NCBI GenBank assembly: GCA_013177935.1
Contig: JABLXZ010000001.1
Span: forward strand, 386,191-450,190
From: a candidate division WOR-3 bacterium
GTDB taxonomy: Bacteria; Hydrothermota; Tepidihabitantia; Tepidihabitantales; Tepidihabitantaceae
DNA length: 64,000 nt
Direction: 5' to 3'
Positions 61,381 to 64,000 of this stretch are shown here, piece by piece (within the stretch, counting starts at the first letter, position 1; every line of letters starts with the position of its first letter). Below the pieces are notes generated by a model, which was given only the letters and a program-made list of their open reading frames with translations, searched no databases and was not told the origin of the DNA. Both the position numbers and the translations under genes were made by a program.

Positions 61381-63567
61381 TCAGAGCTTGATACGCCGGA
61401 CAATCTGATAGAACCGATTGTTGTCTCGTGACAACTCAACAAAATCCTCGGTCGGGTTAACATCCACCCAGAACAGAGCTTCACCCTCAAAACTTATCGA
61501 ATCTGAAGGAATTTCAAAGGTCAAAATCCTCAACTGTTGGGGAGTTAGATTCAACTGTAGTGCACCCACCAGAGTATCGGTAAGCAGGATACCATTCAGA
61601 TAAAACCTGATACGACAACCAGGTTCGCCCGAATAACTACGATTACCTATATTACGCAGCCACAACTTTACCATCAACCGCTCACCCAATCTGATTGAAC
61701 CCGGGGAAATCTGAACGCTCTCTATCGCCAAATCGGGCCTGCAGCTCGCTGACCGCTCATAGATAAAAACGGGCTGCACTCCAACATTCAACCTCAACAT
61801 GCCATCGGCATCCGCTTCAACCATCTTTACCGCCGGATTGTCATCATAAGCAAGGTGTATTACCTCAAGCGTATCACAGCCCACCGGCAGTGTTATCAGA
61901 ACTGTGTTAACTGTATCCTTATCGGTAAATTGATTACGCCAGACAACCCAGACCCGTTTGCCGGTTAAAGGCTGCTCAAACTCATAAATCCGCACCGAAT
62001 CGTCCCGGGCATCACCTGAAATCACCCTGCCATTACACCGTTTGCCTCTTAGAATGCGAAATGTTTGAGCAAGAGCATAGTAACCTGGTTTGGGTTGAAA
62101 GCGCGCATTGAGCAAACCGTAACTACCCTCAACCAAATTACCCCGCGTCAGAAATGAGTAAAAGCAGATTCGGTCATAGCCACCACCCGGCAACGACTGG
62201 CTACCACATGTCGCCACAAACGCTTTAGCCAAGCGGTTTGCCTGCTCTCTTTCCCGGTACTTACCGTTTGGTCCAAAAGAAGGGAAGCCGATTTCGGTTA
62301 TCCACAGTTCACTGTAATCACCGTTTGCGTGCATCACCGTCCGCAAACTCTCGACCTGCATCTCAAAGAGATTGGCATCAAAACCCCAATCCTGATAAGG
62401 ATGGAACGACACCCCACTCCACAACTTTTTCGGTACCAGGCGATAGCAGTAACTGAGCATCTCTTCGGGTGCAATTCTCGTAAAAATGGACGGTTGCGTT
62501 GCCACCAGTGAGCCAATCAGCACCTTAGCCTGACCCTGGCTTATTGAATCGATTACCGTGGCTGCGACCTCAACCAATCGCGCATAAAGTGAACACAACC
62601 CCTGCCGGTTATCAGCAATATCGTAATGAAACTGCGGCGGTTTCCAGAACCTTGCTGTATCGTTTGGTTCATTCCATACTTCATAAACATCAATCAGTTT
62701 TAGCGTATTGTAGTAATGTCGCACAACACCCTCAACATACCTTGCCCAGTAATTTGAAGGGTGCCACACATCTAAAAACAGGTTCCGGGGTGGACTGAAC
62801 TCCGGAGCGTCAAACCGGGTACCTGCCCAAGTTGCACTGTAATCAAGAATCCCGATTACCTTACACCCCATTTTTCGGATCGAAAAGAAAACCGCGGGGT
62901 CTAATCGGGTAAAGTCAAAATCGGCACTGGAGTCAGGCCAGACCCAATTCCAGACGAGGTCAATTCGGTCCAGGTAAACACCCGCATTCTGTACCAGTTG
63001 GGGAACATTCCGTTTGCGGGCAGCAGTTGTGTCGTATGCCGCAATCTCCGCCCCCCAAAAACCACTGTCAATGGTCTTCATCACCCCGTACACCCTCATA
63101 CACAAATCCGCTGAATCCGAAGCAAAACCGCTCAACAACCTGCCGTATTGATAAGGGTTGCGTTGGTCGTAGTAAAACCGAATTGAGTCTGGTTCGGCAC
63201 CGGTGAACCTGAACTCGTAATGCTTACCCCGCGTGAAAGAATATCGCCCGCTCCATTTTTCAAAACGGACCCAATTTGAGTTTCGGTTCTGGACCGCGGT
63301 ACCCCACATCACCTTCTTTTCGCCATCCCAGACCTCGAGCCGAACCCTTCTACCTGCGCTCCTGGCAACCGCAAACAACTCAACATACACCAGACTGTCA
63401 AAGTTACAGGTAATTGTCTGGGAAACATAACCGTTAGTACCACTGCCCTTTATCCAGCCTGACCAATCAGCACGCACCGGCATCACCTCATACGACTTTA
63501 CCATACCAGACAATTGAGTGCAGAACCCAACCATTAACGCCAATACAGTTCCCCAGCTCCGTGTCAT
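61381..63567 (-). CDS. Secreted glycoside hydrolase, clan GH-A (GH5-like) with C-terminal beta-sandwich domain
   Basis: Signal peptide, catalytic acid/base NEP (VYEVWNEPND), and a nucleophile Glu in LWITEIGFP. Confidence 0.65.
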   Translation of the reverse strand: MTRSWGTVLALMVGFCTQLSGMVKSYEVMPVRADWSGWIKGSGTNGYVSQTITCNFDSLVYVELFAVARSAGRRVRLEVWDGEKKVMWGTAVQNRNSNWVRFEKWSGRYSFTRGKHYEFRFTGAEPDSIRFYYDQRNPYQYGRLLSGFASDSADLCMRVYGVMKTIDSGFWGAEIAAYDTTAARKRNVPQLVQNAGVYLDRIDLVWNWVWPDSSADFDFTRLDPAVFFSIRKMGCKVIGILDYSATWAGTRFDAPEFSPPRNLFLDVWHPSNYWARYVEGVVRHYYNTLKLIDVYEVWNEPNDTARFWKPPQFHYDIADNRQGLCSLYARLVEVAATVIDSISQGQAKVLIGSLVATQPSIFTRIAPEEMLSYCYRLVPKKLWSGVSFHPYQDWGFDANLFEMQVESLRTVMHANGDYSELWITEIGFPSFGPNGKYREREQANRLAKAFVATCGSQSLPGGGYDRICFYSFLTRGNLVEGSYGLLNARFQPKPGYYALAQTFRILRGKRCNGRVISGDARDDSVRIYEFEQPLTGKRVWVVWRNQFTDKDTVNTVLITLPVGCDTLEVIHLAYDDNPAVKMVEADADGMLRLNVGVQPVFIYERSASCRPDLAIESVQISPGSIRLGERLMVKLWLRNIGNRSYSGEPGCRIRFYLNGILLTDTLVGALQLNLTPQQLRILTFEIPSDSISFEGEALFWVDVNPTEDFVELSRDNNRFYQIVRRIKL

Positions 63568-64000
63568 TTCCTGTCCCCGCTATCCGACAGCACTACCTCG
63601 CTGCTGAAAAGTGCTAAATTACGAGCGGTCTCCACACCCCAATTGTAGAAACCAGAAATTCAGGGTCAAGGTGAACTAACCCTGCTCAATGGTTGCTGGT
63701 AATTGCACATATCCAACCCCAATTTTCTAACTGGCAAACTGTTTCCTCTGGAGATGAGAAAGAAACACAGTAAAGCAATGAGAACAGACCCCCTGCTTCT
63801 AATTATGGTATTAGCCCTGATACTACCCCAGGAACCGCAGCAAGGTATGCCCCGGGCTTGCCCGGTAAAACTCCCCAACCTATCTAAAACCGGTCAGTTG
63901 TGTGACAACCTAAAAATTCCGCCGTTAATTTTAACTCCAATTTGAATCATATTTAAATAACCAGAACTGGGCTTAAACCGGGCACCGCTCGTATAACCGC

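Noticed and set aside
63568-64000. ORFs 63666-63878 (minus strand) and 63703-63945 (plus strand) at the window edge
   Set aside because: They overlap each other, have no RBS or recognisable domains, and the translations are Pro/Leu-rich. This is probably a non-coding promoter region for the GH5-like gene, possibly with a small RNA that I cannot assign.

Overview
This is a 64 kb, gene-dense chromosomal window of about 50% GC with no rRNA, CRISPR array, IS element or prophage. It appears to come from a strictly anaerobic bacterium that uses a type IX secretion system (T9SS), likely FCB-group or candidate-phylum. The evidence for that is PorU/PorV plus several secreted hydrolases carrying T9SS C-terminal sorting domains, indolepyruvate:ferredoxin oxidoreductase, and an O2/ROS detoxification island (FprA, Hrb, desulfoferrodoxin, rubrerythrin).

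Recognisable content, in order:
- A partial RadC-like gene coupled to a small unknown gene.
- A PEBP-family lipoprotein.
- A phospholipase D (PLD)-family HKD protein with a T9SS C-terminal domain.
- iorAB.
- A metallo-beta-lactamase (MBL) hydrolase, a CoA-transferase::GNAT fusion, and an ADP-forming acetyl-CoA synthetase (a Pat-like module split across genes).
- tRNA-Ala.
- Two large unknown envelope proteins, followed by a non-coding region of about 1.06 kb.
- An M14 carboxypeptidase with a T9SS C-terminal domain and an M16 peptidase pair.
- An orphan Liv-type substrate-binding protein, tgt, a sugar-nucleotidyltransferase, a bifunctional phosphoglucose/phosphomannose isomerase (PGI/PMI), PTS EI and HPr, and dCMP deaminase.
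- A 1015-aa M14 peptidase and a repeat lipoprotein.
- tRNA-Leu followed by tig-clpP-clpX.
- The oxidative-stress island: hrb-fprA, ferritin, dfx, a novel desulforedoxin-like protein, tpx and rbr.
- mlaDFE.
- An orphan HerA-like ATPase.
- hypB, purA, and porU-porV.
- Two sugar ABC permeases, xseAB and hbd.
- A purQ-like amidotransferase coupled to 2Fe-2S and FAD-oxidoreductase subunits.
- YfhO (GT-C), a DPPR-synthase-like UbiA prenyltransferase, and a GH5-like hydrolase.

The candidates most worth follow-up are:
- the long structured non-coding region (14474..15535)
- the orphan HerA-like ATPase
- the GATase/2Fe-2S/flavoprotein triad
- the split Pat-like acetylation module
- the unknown envelope gene pair
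- the YfhO/UbiA polyprenyl-phospho-pentose glycosylation module
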